From: Candidatus Latescibacterota bacterium
Lineage (GTDB): Bacteria > Latescibacterota > UBA2968 > UBA8231
DNA: 64,000 bases
Reading direction: 5' to 3'
Assembly (NCBI GenBank): GCA_965203175.1
Contig: OZ241867.1
Span: 960,001 to 1,024,000 of the forward strand
Shown here: piece by piece, positions 32,527-44,769 of the stretch
Numbering within the stretch: the stretch's first letter is position 1
Layout: every line of letters begins with the position of its first letter
Made by a program: the position numbers and the translations under genes
Notes under the pieces: generated by a model
Databases searched by the model: none
Seen by the model: only the letters and a program-made list of their open reading frames with translations
What the model was told of the DNA's origin: nothing

Positions 32527-35232
32527 ATGCTAGCACACGGCGGTTCGCGTCCAAAGTTCGTCCTCTTCCTGCTGATCCTGCTTTTTCCCTTCCAAGCCCC
32601 GGCTGAGATCAGATACTGGCGAGTGGGCGACCAAGACCATCCCTGGAACCTCGTGCCAGTTACCGGTCGCCTGACTTGGGGCCGCGGCTGGGCCGTCGAG
32701 ATCCTGACCGACGATGACGGCGACGGACTCATCGACGAAGACCCCATAGAACTCGTCGATTCGGATGGCGACGGACTGTTCAACGAAGATCCCCCTGATC
32801 CGCAAATCGACTCGGACGGCGACGGGAGACTCAACGAGGATCCTCCCAACAAACTCGACGATGATGGCGACGGACTCATCGACGAAGACCCCGTCGAGGC
32901 ATTCGACAGCGACCTGGACGGGCGCATCGACGAGGACGGGCCCGATCCACAGTTCGACTCAGACGGCGACGGACGGCTCAATGAAGACGGGCTGATGACC
33001 GACGGGGACGACGACTTGGACGGCCGCACCAATGAAGACCCATACAATGGCACAGACGACGACGGCGACGGACTCATCGACGAGGACGGGCCACGGCTCC
33101 GCGACACCGACGGGGTTGAGACTTGGCTGCGGCCCATCCTCCTCAACGAGCGCCGCAATCTAGCCATCCTCCTCAACGAGCGCTATCTACAAGGGGAGTT
33201 CGGCGGTGTGGGGCCGGACGGTAGGTTACTCAACCCCTTTCTGGAAATTCCCAGCGAATTCGGCCCACGCGTCGAGCGAGCCGATCCCATCTCGGGAGAC
33301 TATTTCAAATCGGGATCGGGTGGCGGCATCAACCGAGTCGACTACGGCAAGATGGTTGACGGCAATCTCTTCACCGCCTTCGGCACGACCAGCACCGACT
33401 ATCGCGTCGCCGGTATCTACGGCATCCACGGAGGGGGAGCATCCCTCAACCTGATGGGCTTTTACCACATCAATCGCCTCATCTTCCAACCGCGGCCTAC
33501 CCTACCCGTCACAACCATCGCCAACTACTTCGTTGTCTACGGCGACCCTACAACCGTCAATCACACTTTGGCGACCCTCGAAGTAAAGAAGATTCTCGTC
33601 CCTGTGACGCGAGAACACACCGATCCAGTCAAGGACCTGCGCTTCGACCCGCCCGTGCTCATAGGCCGGCTAGATGTCGCTTCACTCGATTCCGATTTTG
33701 ATTACAAGGAAACGGCAGAGGTAGGCCTCTTTGGCGAGGGCTTCGCCAGCGACGCCTCCTTTACCTCCGAGGTCATCGACGTCGGCACCCCCACGCCCCG
33801 CGCCCGGCGCTACAGCCAGCTACTCGAACTCTTCGATGACGCCGGTGTAGTCGAGGCCGAATTCCCCGACCGACTCGGCTCAACGGTCAACTGGGGCAAA
33901 GTCCGCTGGCGGGGACGCAAAACGGGTTCCGCTGGCGATATGCGCATCCAGTTCCGCGCCGGCGACGCGCCCAACACGCACATCTACGCCCGCGATAGCG
34001 GTGCCAACGAGATCGATACCCGCGGCGAGGACGGTCAGCCGCTCGACGCCTTTTCCTGGCTCAAGCTGCGCCAAGGCCGCATTCCCGAGGCCGAACTTCG
34101 CTACAATGAACTCGGTCCAGACTTGGGCAGCGACGGTCCGAGGGGCTGGAGTTTCTGGTCGGCCCCCTTCAGCTTTGAGGACGGGCTTATTGACGAACGC
34201 CTCCCCGCAGAGCGCTGGTCCGAGGCGGGAGTGCCTCTGCCGCTACCCACTGGCACCCGCTATCTGCAGTTCCGCATCCTCTTCGACAGCACCATTGAGA
34301 GCGCAGTTGCACTCGACTACCTCGAATTCGACTACGACGAACCCCTAGTCTCGGGCGGCGTGGTCGCCGAGGTCTTTCCGCCGCGCGTCGCGCTGGGCGA
34401 GACGGTGTCCTTGCGCTACTTCCTACGGCCCTTTTTTGCCGATGGGGAAGAAGGGAGGTTCAATCGCATCGAGTTGACGGTGCCCGATGCTTCAACTCGG
34501 ATCGACACTTTTAAGTTCGATGGCCGCGCTTGGGAGGAAATCGCCGTGCCTACTGGGGTCAACACCGAAGACCCGCTGCTCCAGGTCGAGCCTCTGCGTC
34601 TGGAGCCAGAACCGGACAGTCTCTTCGTCATCGGCCAGTTCGCTCAAACCACCGTCTCGGACCCCCAGACTGGCGAGACCCGGCTGTTGGTCAAGTTTCC
34701 GCAGCTAGGTGCTTCTGACTTCAAGGCCCGCCAAAGCATTGAGATCGGCTTGCGGACGCGGCTCTTTCGCGGCTCGGCCCGCTTTGCAGGATCGGTGTGG
34801 AACGACCGCCGCGCCACGCGGGAGGCGACGATTCCCCAGCAAGTGCGCGACGGCGACGCAGTGCAGCGAGTGGCTACCGACGCAACGCTGGTCGTCGTCG
34901 ATGATATCCAAGCGCATCGCCTGCAGATCCAAGCCGCCCCCAATCCCTTTACGCCCAATGGCGACGGCATAAACGACGCGATCGAATTCGCCTTCGACCT
35001 TTTTCTGGTCTTGGACCAAGTCGAAGTCGCAGTGGAAATTCTCGACCTGTCGGGGCGCAGGATGCACCGCCTAGGTCCGGTGTCGCGCACCGCGGGTCAG
35101 ACCAAACTCGAGTGGAACGGCCGCGACGCAGCGGGCCATCTTCTAGCGCCGGGCCTCTACCTCTACCGCCTACAAATCGCGGTTGACCAGACATCCACCG
35201 AGGCGCTCGGCGTTCTCTCACTGGTGTACTAA
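32527..35232 (+). CDS. Large secreted protein with Asp-rich repeats and C-terminal CHU_C/FlgD-like domain
   Basis: Signal peptide; eight DxDxDGxx(D/N)ED repeats; tail PNPFTPNGDGIND...WNGRD..G..LAPGLYLY. Confidence 0.88.
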   Translation: MLAHGGSRPKFVLFLLILLFPFQAPAEIRYWRVGDQDHPWNLVPVTGRLTWGRGWAVEILTDDDGDGLIDEDPIELVDSDGDGLFNEDPPDPQIDSDGDGRLNEDPPNKLDDDGDGLIDEDPVEAFDSDLDGRIDEDGPDPQFDSDGDGRLNEDGLMTDGDDDLDGRTNEDPYNGTDDDGDGLIDEDGPRLRDTDGVETWLRPILLNERRNLAILLNERYLQGEFGGVGPDGRLLNPFLEIPSEFGPRVERADPISGDYFKSGSGGGINRVDYGKMVDGNLFTAFGTTSTDYRVAGIYGIHGGGASLNLMGFYHINRLIFQPRPTLPVTTIANYFVVYGDPTTVNHTLATLEVKKILVPVTREHTDPVKDLRFDPPVLIGRLDVASLDSDFDYKETAEVGLFGEGFASDASFTSEVIDVGTPTPRARRYSQLLELFDDAGVVEAEFPDRLGSTVNWGKVRWRGRKTGSAGDMRIQFRAGDAPNTHIYARDSGANEIDTRGEDGQPLDAFSWLKLRQGRIPEAELRYNELGPDLGSDGPRGWSFWSAPFSFEDGLIDERLPAERWSEAGVPLPLPTGTRYLQFRILFDSTIESAVALDYLEFDYDEPLVSGGVVAEVFPPRVALGETVSLRYFLRPFFADGEEGRFNRIELTVPDASTRIDTFKFDGRAWEEIAVPTGVNTEDPLLQVEPLRLEPEPDSLFVIGQFAQTTVSDPQTGETRLLVKFPQLGASDFKARQSIEIGLRTRLFRGSARFAGSVWNDRRATREATIPQQVRDGDAVQRVATDATLVVVDDIQAHRLQIQAAPNPFTPNGDGINDAIEFAFDLFLVLDQVEVAVEILDLSGRRMHRLGPVSRTAGQTKLEWNGRDAAGHLLAPGLYLYRLQIAVDQTSTEALGVLSLVY
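32710..33087 (+). repeat. Intragenic array of eight Asp-rich 11-aa motifs
   Basis: DDDGDGLIDED, DSDGDGLFNED, DSDGDGRLNED etc.; units 1-3 recur 147 nt later as units 4-6. Confidence 0.9.
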
Positions 35233-35239
35233 GAGCATA

Positions 35240-38200
35240 ATGACGCGCCTGATTCTCGCCATCTTGCTTCCTGCTACGGCCGTCTGCGGCCAGGGATACC
35301 GCCTGACCGCAGATGCCATCCGCGTCGATCGCAATGAGCACTGGCGCGAGTGGATCTTTCAAAACGACGTAGTGCGCACCCTCAACGAGCGGGCCGACTC
35401 TACCGGCTTATTTTTGTTCTCGGACGATGCGGTGCAGCCCCGGCTCGTCGCGACAGTGGCCAACGCCGCGCTCGCCGCTGGGCAATTTAGCTACGTCGAT
35501 GCCGTACGCACCAACGGAGAAACCGTACAAGGGGGAGTCACAGCACTGAGCAATGACCGAATCGCGGCGCGACTCATCGACGGCGATCTAGACACCTTCT
35601 GGGAACCCGCTGCCGCGGACTTTTCCGCCGCAGGGCTGCGCAACTGGGAATTGCTAGTCGACCTCGGCCGCTTAGCCTTTATCGACAGCATCACCGTCTC
35701 TTTTCCCGCTGGGGACGCACCCAAGGCTTTCTCGCTCTTCGTCTCCCTCGGAGAGCCATTCCCCTTTCCCGACGGCAATAGTCTCAGTTTCTCACTGGTA
35801 GCGGAGACCAAAGAGACGGACTTGGCCCCTCCCGGAGCCGATGGCCTAGTGCGGCAATCCTACCCCATAGCGCCTCTTTTGCGCGCCGACTTCAATCTGG
35901 ACGGTCAGCCGGATCTGCAAGGATCTTTTCTTCAGTACATACGCCTGAAGATTACTGAGTCCGATCTCGAACGCCACCGCTTCGTCGGTGAGGGGGATGC
36001 CGGTCTCGACGCCTATCAGGCGTTACCGCCCGAGCGGCGCGGCGCGGTGGTCCACCAGCGGCTGACGGCGGGAGACTTCCTCATCGAGATCGACGAGGAC
36101 ACCTATTTCAACGACGTATCCGCTGCGCAACGGGGACCTATCCGCTACTTCGAGCGCGAAGTGCCGCGCGTCGCCGAAGTACAGGTCTGGACCAAGGGTG
36201 CCAACCTAGCCCTCAATCCGCGAGCGCGCGCCGGAGACTCCTACGAAATAGGAGGTAGGGGTACGCCCAATCAAGCCACCGATGGACTCTACCAGACCGA
36301 ATGGACGGCCTGGGGCTACGATCCAACCATCGTCCGCGGCACCATGTGGCTGGACTTAGGCGCAACCTTCTGGGTCGATGGCCTCTACGCAGTGATGCGC
36401 CGCCAGCGCAGCGGTTCCGCCTTCGCCGGCCACGGCTTTCTAGTCTCCGACGGGACCCAACTTAAACCCGTGCAACTAGATACCGCCGAGGATTTCGTCC
36501 AGCTCGAAGAGGCCCTGCAGTGGCACGACATCATCAGCGCGGAACGCTTCGACAACCGACAGCCGAGAGTGCTGATGTTCGGCGAGGAGTTCGCACCGCG
36601 CAAGATCCGCTTCGTGCAAATCCGCAACCTGCTCAGCCCCGGCAGCGGTGCCCGCCTCGCTGAAATGCAGCTCCACGGCGTTGGCTACCCAGTCGATGTC
36701 TCGCTGCACTCACCGCCGATCCGCCTTACCGACGCTCGCGGCAACTTCGTGCGCAAGACCCTGCCGCGGATCGCGTGGAGCGCCGACGCCGTCATACGAG
36801 AGGAAGACCCCCTCACCGACCAGACTATCGAGCGCATCGAGCCATTGGATCAGCACCCCGAAATCCGCCTCGATATTCAGACCCGCACCTCGGATCAGAC
36901 CGACACCAACTTCACATACTATCAGGTCGTGACCGTTGCTGGCAACGAAGAGCGCACGGAAGTGACGAAAGAGGTTTACGACGAGATCGCCTTGGAGTGG
37001 ACGGCCTGGGAGATCTGGCAGACCCTGCCCGCCAGCCGGAAACACGCCTCGCGCACCGACGACGACGGCGACGGCCTCACCGACGAGGATCGGATTGACC
37101 TGATTGACAACGATGGCGACGGTCTGGTGGACGAGGACGGTCGCAAACTGCGTCGCGCACCGCGCTCCAGCTTTGACAAGGACGGCGAACTGGCGTTTGT
37201 CGGCTGGAGCGAGTGGAGCGAGAACTACCAGCCCACCGCCGGTCGCAGCGAGGCCGCCATCACCTCGCCCAGCCCGCGCAAATTCGTCCAAATTCGCTTC
37301 AAGATCTCTTCTGAAGATCCCTTTAAGACGGCGAGAATTCGCTCGTTCCACCTTGATCTGGCACCCCCGCTGGCGCTGGAACTAGCCGGCGAACTGGCGC
37401 TTTTGAGCTCGCAGGGCATGACGCGGCCTATTGGCGACCTTGGTACCGCATCTGAGGACTATAGCCCGCCGCGCGGCATCAACCCGCTGGCCCCGCAGCA
37501 TTTTTCATATTTCGCGCGCCTCGCCGCGCCCGACCCCAACGATCCGACCGTTCGCGATGGCGTCGATGAGATATTGATCGTCGCCCCCCAAGCGGCCGAG
37601 CCGCTGGGCGTGCGCATAGGCCGGGTCGAGGTCGAGCGGCAGGCGTCAGATCTCGATCCGGCGATTTTCTCGACCCGCGTCCTCAAGACTCATTTTGATC
37701 AAGCCTTCGCGCGCGGACCCGACGGACGCTTACAAGACGCCGACGGCCAGACCATAGCGATTCTGCCAACCAGCCCCGATTCGCTCTATTTGCGCTTTCC
37801 CGCCTCGCTCAACGCCGATCTACCCCCGGATGTCCACGCCTTGGTCGAGGTACAATTCGCTTCGCAAACCTTCCGCGAGGGAATTCTCTTTCCTGCTTTT
37901 GCTCGTTCTTCGACTGATGCTGAAGGCTTTTTCCAGCGCGTCGATGCGGAAGCGCAGGACGCCACTGAGCTAGTCGCCAGCGGCACGGCGCGCGTCTCGT
38001 TGCAATCAGCCGGCCACCGGTTAATAAACGATGTGCAGGTAGCCCGCGTTTTTACCCCGAACGGCGACGGAGTCAACGACCTACTCCAAGGCCGCTTCGT
38101 GCTTTTGCGGATATTGGCAGAGCGGCGGCTGGACATCGCCTTCTACGATTTGGCGGGGACGTTGCGCGGACGCGCCGGAAGCGACTTGGGGCAGGCCGGT

Positions 38201-38335
38201 CAGTGGAACTTCACTTGGGACGGCCGCGACGAACGCGGGCAGTTGGTGCCGCCGGGGATCTACCTGTGCCGGATTAAGATCGCAGCGGACCGGGGAGCCG
38301 AAGAGGAAACCTTTCCGGTCCACGTGGCTTATTGA
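35240..38335 (+). CDS. Large secreted paralog with discoidin-like modules, two Asp-rich motifs and CHU_C/FlgD-like tail
   Basis: Signal peptide from ATG 35240; IDGDLDTFW, VDLG, LDLGATFWVD, WSEWS, SPSPRKFVQ, FTPNGDGVND, WDGRDERG..VPPGIY. Confidence 0.88.
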   Translation: MTRLILAILLPATAVCGQGYRLTADAIRVDRNEHWREWIFQNDVVRTLNERADSTGLFLFSDDAVQPRLVATVANAALAAGQFSYVDAVRTNGETVQGGVTALSNDRIAARLIDGDLDTFWEPAAADFSAAGLRNWELLVDLGRLAFIDSITVSFPAGDAPKAFSLFVSLGEPFPFPDGNSLSFSLVAETKETDLAPPGADGLVRQSYPIAPLLRADFNLDGQPDLQGSFLQYIRLKITESDLERHRFVGEGDAGLDAYQALPPERRGAVVHQRLTAGDFLIEIDEDTYFNDVSAAQRGPIRYFEREVPRVAEVQVWTKGANLALNPRARAGDSYEIGGRGTPNQATDGLYQTEWTAWGYDPTIVRGTMWLDLGATFWVDGLYAVMRRQRSGSAFAGHGFLVSDGTQLKPVQLDTAEDFVQLEEALQWHDIISAERFDNRQPRVLMFGEEFAPRKIRFVQIRNLLSPGSGARLAEMQLHGVGYPVDVSLHSPPIRLTDARGNFVRKTLPRIAWSADAVIREEDPLTDQTIERIEPLDQHPEIRLDIQTRTSDQTDTNFTYYQVVTVAGNEERTEVTKEVYDEIALEWTAWEIWQTLPASRKHASRTDDDGDGLTDEDRIDLIDNDGDGLVDEDGRKLRRAPRSSFDKDGELAFVGWSEWSENYQPTAGRSEAAITSPSPRKFVQIRFKISSEDPFKTARIRSFHLDLAPPLALELAGELALLSSQGMTRPIGDLGTASEDYSPPRGINPLAPQHFSYFARLAAPDPNDPTVRDGVDEILIVAPQAAEPLGVRIGRVEVERQASDLDPAIFSTRVLKTHFDQAFARGPDGRLQDADGQTIAILPTSPDSLYLRFPASLNADLPPDVHALVEVQFASQTFREGILFPAFARSSTDAEGFFQRVDAEAQDATELVASGTARVSLQSAGHRLINDVQVARVFTPNGDGVNDLLQGRFVLLRILAERRLDIAFYDLAGTLRGRAGSDLGQAGQWNFTWDGRDERGQLVPPGIYLCRIKIAADRGAEEETFPVHVAY

Positions 38336-38370
38336 GACGGCGCTGTCAAACGCCGCGACTTTCGCTCAAC

Positions 38371-38850
38371 CTACTCCTCTTCCCGCACCCACGTCCCACT
38401 CCGCCCGCCCCGCTTCTCCATTAGCCGCAACTCGGAAATCACCATTCCGCGATCGACGCCCTTGCACATGTCGTAAATGGTCAAAAGTGCCGTGCTCGCC
38501 GCCACCAAAGCCTCCATTTCCACACCCGTGCGGTCGTCAATTTTGGCCTCGGCCGCGACTTCGATCCGATCCTCGCCAACGTGCAAATCCACGCGGATCG
38601 CCGTGAGGTTGATCGGGTGGCACAAAGGGATTAACTCTCCCGTGCGCTTGGCGGCCATAATCCCGGCCAGCCGCGCCGCTTCCAAGACGCTGCCTTTAGC
38701 GACTTTATTTTCAGCGATCAGCCGCGCCGTCGCGCGGTCCATGCGGATCTCGCCGCGCACCCGCGCCAGCCGCGCCGTCGGCTCCTTGCCGCCTACATCG
38801 ACCATCTTGAGGCGGCCCTGCTCGTCGAGGTGAGTCAGCTCGTCAGTCAC
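38371..38850 (-). CDS. moaC: Cyclic pyranopterin monophosphate synthase
   Basis: LTHLD, MVDVGGK, AGIMAAKRT..LIPLCHP, TGVEMEAL, TIYDMCK; GTG overlaps icd stop. Confidence 0.97.
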   Translation of the reverse strand: MTDELTHLDEQGRLKMVDVGGKEPTARLARVRGEIRMDRATARLIAENKVAKGSVLEAARLAGIMAAKRTGELIPLCHPINLTAIRVDLHVGEDRIEVAAEAKIDDRTGVEMEALVAASTALLTIYDMCKGVDRGMVISELRLMEKRGGRSGTWVREEE

Positions 38851-40103
38851 TACATGTTCTCGATAATTGCCGCGCCGAACTCCGAGCACTTGACCTCGGT
38901 CGGCTCGTCCATCAGCCGCGCAAAGTCGTACGTGACGACCCGGTTCGCAATCGTCTGTTCCAGCCCCTTGACGATCAGGTCGGCCGCCTCGTTCCAGCCC
39001 AAGTGGCGGAGCATCATGTCGCCCGACAGGATCACCGAACCGGGGTTGACCTTGTCTTGGCCGGCGTATTTGGGAGCGGTGCCGTGGGTGGCCTCAAAGA
39101 TGGCGTGACCCGTGGTGTAGTTGATGTTGCCGCCTGGAGCAATGCCAATCCCGCCGACGCAAGCGGCTAGCGCGTCGCTGATGTAATCGCCGTTGAGGTT
39201 CATCGTGGCGATGACCGAGTACTCGGCCGGGCGCGTGAGGATCTGCTGCAAAAAGGCGTCGGCGATCGCGTCCTTGACGGTGATCTCGGTGCCGTTGACG
39301 ACGATGCTAGTCCAAGGGCCGCCGTCGATTTCTTCGCCGCCATAAGCCTTTTGCGCCACCTCGTAGCCCCAGTCGCGGAAAGCCCCTTCGGTGAACTTCA
39401 TGATGTTGCCTTTGTGGACCAAGGTCACGCTATCGCGGCCTTGGGCGGCGGCGTAGTCAATGGCGGCGCGAACCAGCCGCTCGGTGCCCTCTTGTGAGAT
39501 CGGCTTGACGCCCAAACCTACGGTGTCTGGAAAGCGGATTTTGCCGTAGCGATCGGCAAAGTGCTCTGCCAGCAGATCCTTAAAGCGCGCGTTGTCGTCC
39601 GTGCCTTGCTCAAACTCGATCCCGGCGTAGATGTCCTCGGTGTTCTCGCGGAAGATGACCATATCCACTAGCTCGGGTTGCCGCACCGGCGAAGGCACAC
39701 CGCTGAAGTAGCGCACGGGGCGCAGACACACGTAGAGGTCGAGGATCTGGCGCAAAGCCACGTTGAGGCTGCGGATCCCACCGCCGACTGGCGTCGTCAG
39801 CGGGCCCTTGATGCCAACCAGATAGGTACCGAAAGCCTCCACTGTAGCGTCGGGCAGCCAGCTAGCGGTCTGCTCGAAGGCCTTCCCACCGGCCAAAACT
39901 TCCATCCAAGCGATCCTCCGCTGACCGCCATAAGCCTTCTCGACGGCTGCGTCGAAAACGCGCACGGCCGCCGCCCAGATATCCGGCCCCGTGCCGTCGC
40001 CTTCGATAAAGGGGATGATGGGCTGGTCTGGAACGCTGAGCGCGCCATCCACTACGGTTATTTTCTCTCCGTTTGCGGGGACCTTGGGCTGCCAATCGGC
40101 CAT
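38850..40103 (-). CDS. icd: NADP-dependent isocitrate dehydrogenase
   Basis: [66 protein letters not shown]; start ATG 40103. Confidence 0.98.
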   Translation of the reverse strand: MADWQPKVPANGEKITVVDGALSVPDQPIIPFIEGDGTGPDIWAAAVRVFDAAVEKAYGGQRRIAWMEVLAGGKAFEQTASWLPDATVEAFGTYLVGIKGPLTTPVGGGIRSLNVALRQILDLYVCLRPVRYFSGVPSPVRQPELVDMVIFRENTEDIYAGIEFEQGTDDNARFKDLLAEHFADRYGKIRFPDTVGLGVKPISQEGTERLVRAAIDYAAAQGRDSVTLVHKGNIMKFTEGAFRDWGYEVAQKAYGGEEIDGGPWTSIVVNGTEITVKDAIADAFLQQILTRPAEYSVIATMNLNGDYISDALAACVGGIGIAPGGNINYTTGHAIFEATHGTAPKYAGQDKVNPGSVILSGDMMLRHLGWNEAADLIVKGLEQTIANRVVTYDFARLMDEPTEVKCSEFGAAIIENM

Positions 40104-40203
40104 AGTGCAAAACTCCTCGTGTCTTTTGTTTGTTTTAAGGAATAATCGGCCCGGTTCGACCGCTGTAGCTGCGCCCGGAGCCTGTCTGTCGCAGCTTTTG
40201 AAT

Positions 40204-40881
40204 CTAAGACTTTCGCCCGAGACGGCCAATGCAGGCCGCCAAGGCACTGCGTTCGACCTCAACCAGTTCGCAGGCGAACACATCGGCATAGGCGCGCAGG
40301 AGTTCAGACTCGACTTCACCCCGATCCAACGCGCACCCCAAGAGCGAGGCCATCGTAGTTATCTCCTCGCTGTCCAAGCCGCAGGGCTTGATCGCCGCAA
40401 AGTGGCTCAGGTCGGTAGCCACATTCAGGGCCAGACCGTGCGTTGTGATCCAGTGCCGCACATTGACGCCGATCGACGCCACCTTGGACGAGCCGACCCA
40501 AGCGCCGGTCAATCCGCCCCGAGCCTCTCCCTCCAAGCCATAGGCAGCCAACGTGCGAATCAGCACGGCTTCCAAATCGCGCAAGTACTGATGTACGTCT
40601 CGACCGCGCTGGCGCAGATCGACAATCGGATAGGCCACGATCTGGCCCGGCCCGTGAAACGTCACACTGCCCCCGCGGTCAATCTCGACCACATCTAGCT
40701 CTTGGGTTAGGAGATGCTCGGGCAGCGTCGCTCGTCCGCCGGTATAGGTTGGCGGGTGTTCGACCAACATCAGCGTGTCCGGAATTTGCTCGGCTCGCCG
40801 CAATTGGCGCAGCGACTCTTGCCAAGCCCAAGCCTGGGCAAAATCGATCCGCCCAACTCGGCAAACGCGCGTTTCATTCAT
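40204..40881 (-). CDS. lipB: Octanoyltransferase
   Basis: [38 protein letters not shown]. Confidence 0.96.
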   Translation of the reverse strand: MNETRVCRVGRIDFAQAWAWQESLRQLRRAEQIPDTLMLVEHPPTYTGGRATLPEHLLTQELDVVEIDRGGSVTFHGPGQIVAYPIVDLRQRGRDVHQYLRDLEAVLIRTLAAYGLEGEARGGLTGAWVGSSKVASIGVNVRHWITTHGLALNVATDLSHFAAIKPCGLDSEEITTMASLLGCALDRGEVESELLRAYADVFACELVEVERSALAACIGRLGRKS

Positions 40882-41051
40882 GGATAGCTTCTTTTTTAGC
40901 AGAACTCCGACCGGAGGAACGGCCCGGATTCATAACGCCACTTCCCCCATCACCCTTCACAATATACCTTTTTCGCCAAGGAACCGCTCACGCTCGTCAG
41001 ATCATTCGTCAGCAACAAATCGATTCCTGAGAAAGCAGGAAGACTTCGACC

Positions 41052-41855
41052 ATGGAAAACAACGCCTATCCCGAGTTGACAGATCTCAACATCCGATTGC
41101 AGGAGCTAGAGAGCCAAGGGTATACCGTGTTCCCCGAGTATCTCGACCGCGACACTACAGCCGCAATTCGCGCTCATATCGACAGCCTCGTCGGCCCCAT
41201 TGTGTCCGGCGATCGCACCGCCGCCAGACGCGACCTGCGGCATCCCATTCCAGGGGCGATCATGGCCCGCTTAGTGAACAATCCCGCGACCCTCGAACTC
41301 GCTGCAACATTGATCGGGTCGCGCGATCTTCGCCTGCGCGAACAAGTTTTCATCCGCAGCGACCCTTCGCCGCCGCCGTACCAAGCTCCGCAATGGCACA
41401 TCGACGCGGCCTTTTGCCGCGCAGAGTTTGAAGTCAGGCCGCGACAGGTCTATTACCAGATGCTGCATTGCTGTAGTACGGTTTCTGCCGGAGGGGCCGC
41501 GTTTATGATCGTGCCCGGCTCGCACAAGTTGTCTCTCGCAGCCAGCGATAAGGCAGAGCGAGCGGAGGGACGGGGACCCATCCAGAATCACACCGCCTCA
41601 GTCCCCGAGGCAAATGACGCCGACGGCATTGAAATTTGCGCCAACGATGGAGATCTCATCATCTTCAATCCCCTGTGTTACCACTCCAGTTCTCCCAACC
41701 GGACAGATCAGCCCCGCTACGTATATTTCACTTCGTTTTATCACCCCTCAGCGGCCCGCCTAATAGAACTAGTGCGCCGAACCAAGTACCGCGACAACTT
41801 TCCCGACTCATTGCGCCAAGGATTGCCGCCCGAACTTCAGAGTTTGCTCGATTAG
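41052..41855 (+). CDS. PhyH-family Fe(II)/2-oxoglutarate dioxygenase
   Basis: GYTVFP, WHID (HxD), VPGSH, GDLIIFN..YHSSSPN.TDQPR. Confidence 0.9.
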   Translation: MENNAYPELTDLNIRLQELESQGYTVFPEYLDRDTTAAIRAHIDSLVGPIVSGDRTAARRDLRHPIPGAIMARLVNNPATLELAATLIGSRDLRLREQVFIRSDPSPPPYQAPQWHIDAAFCRAEFEVRPRQVYYQMLHCCSTVSAGGAAFMIVPGSHKLSLAASDKAERAEGRGPIQNHTASVPEANDADGIEICANDGDLIIFNPLCYHSSSPNRTDQPRYVYFTSFYHPSAARLIELVRRTKYRDNFPDSLRQGLPPELQSLLD

Positions 41856-41958
41856 CATTCCAGAGTAGAACAATCAACGCGACGGTCAGCAGTTTGTCCC
41901 TGCGTACATTCGGCAACCGCGCCTTTCATTCATGCGCGGGCCAGACAGAGGGTTATTC

Positions 41959-41987
41959 TTGCACAAAAACGACGAAATTTCTATATT
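41959..41987 (+). promoter_or_regulatory. Sigma70 promoter of groEL
   Basis: TTGCAC-N17-TATATT. Confidence 0.65.
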
Positions 41988-42007
41988 TAACTGCTCAGCT
42001 TTGTTTT

Positions 42008-42034
42008 TTAGCACTCTCTTTTTTTGAGTGCCAG
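42008..42034 (+). promoter_or_regulatory. CIRCE element (HrcA operator)
   Basis: TTAGCACTC-N9-GAGTGCCAG versus consensus TTAGCACTC-N9-GAGTGCTAA. Confidence 0.92.
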
Positions 42035-42081
42035 TTTTTCGTGCAAAACGAAATTTTCCATCCATCCACCACCAACACTAG

Positions 42082-43734
<1,653 letters not shown>

Positions 43735-43752
43735 CCCTCCCATCGCAAATAG

Positions 43753-43790
43753 AAAAGGCTCGCTGCTTCTTTGGCAGCGAGCCTTTTTTT
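43753..43790. terminator. Bidirectional intrinsic terminator
   Basis: AAAAGGCTCGCTGC-ttctttg-GCAGCGAGCCTTTTTTT. Confidence 0.9.
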
Positions 43791-43803
43791 GTTCTTCCCT
43801 TGC

Positions 43804-44568
43804 TCACATCCACAATCTGTAGAGCAAGGGGTCGCGGAACTGCCCATCCTCTTGGACGGCGTAGTGCAATCCCGGCCTCCGAGCTCCACGTCCCTCGTCC
43901 AAAAGCGCGATGGACTGCCCTTTGAGCACGTAATCCCCCACATCGACGAACAGGCGCGCGTTGTATCCATATTGAGTCAGCAGACCATTGCCGTGGTCGA
44001 GAATCACCACGTAGCCGAGGTCCTTGTCGTAGCCCGCTTGCATCACTTGGCCCGCGGCACTGGCTCGTACCAAGCTGCCCGCAGCCGCAGCAATAACAAC
44101 CGAGGGATGTTCTTCGCTAAAGGGCCTGAGCACTGGCCCGCGCAACGGCCACAAGGTAGGGACGGTATGGACGTGACCCCAACGCAACCGCTGTATAAAG
44201 GAGATGTAGGGGGGACCATCGCTGGGCTGCGCTGCCTCCTCGTCTAATACCTCGGGCTTGCCTAAGATAGCGCGCAGTCGGTCATTGCCGCGCTTGAGTC
44301 GAACCAGCATTTTTTCGAGCTGATTGATCTGGCTCACTTGCTCTTCGAGCAGGGCATTATCCTGCTCGAGCTGTGCCGCCTGCTGCGTTAGCTCGTATTT
44401 GTCGAAATAAGACCAAAGCCCAAAGGGCAAAAACGAGAGCAAGACGAGACTGCACAACCCCAGCAACCACAAATATGCGCCGGAGATTTTAAACTCAAAG
44501 GTCTTGCGGCCCTTTTCTGGAATGACGATTAAGGTAATGTTGCTGCCCTTGAACATCGGTGTTTTCAC
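43804..44568 (-). CDS. Membrane-anchored coiled-coil M23/LytM-domain protein, probably inactive
   Basis: TM, coiled coil, WPLRG, ASAAGQV, ILDHGNG..TQYGY, GDYVLKGQ, LHYAV..DP; Zn ligands degenerate. Confidence 0.85.
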   Translation of the reverse strand: MKTPMFKGSNITLIVIPEKGRKTFEFKISGAYLWLLGLCSLVLLSFLPFGLWSYFDKYELTQQAAQLEQDNALLEEQVSQINQLEKMLVRLKRGNDRLRAILGKPEVLDEEAAQPSDGPPYISFIQRLRWGHVHTVPTLWPLRGPVLRPFSEEHPSVVIAAAAGSLVRASAAGQVMQAGYDKDLGYVVILDHGNGLLTQYGYNARLFVDVGDYVLKGQSIALLDEGRGARRPGLHYAVQEDGQFRDPLLYRLWM

Positions 44569-44769
44569 CAGCCGGCGACAAAACTTCGGCTATTTTCTCT
44601 AGTCAATATACCCTTCGGCAACCATAATACCAATCCGTTTCTCCACGCGCTCCATGTCGTAGTTGCTTGGCGGTCCGTTTTCGTCTGTAAGATGAATTAA
44701 TCCTAAATTCAATATATTTTATATCTGACGTTTAAGCCGCGCTCTCGCTTAAAAAACAATAGATCGCCC

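Noticed and set aside
32710-33087. Possible CRISPR array (recurring GACGGCGACGGACTCATCGACGA)
   Set aside because: Repeats are in frame, degenerate at synonymous positions and encode Asp-rich motifs; no unique spacers and no cas genes.
39991-40698. Long antisense or alternate-frame ORFs (e.g. 39991-40698, 43170-43970, 48159-48911, 32481-33176)
   Set aside because: Shadows of well-supported genes in GC-rich DNA, with low-complexity Arg/Ser/Pro-rich translations and no motifs.
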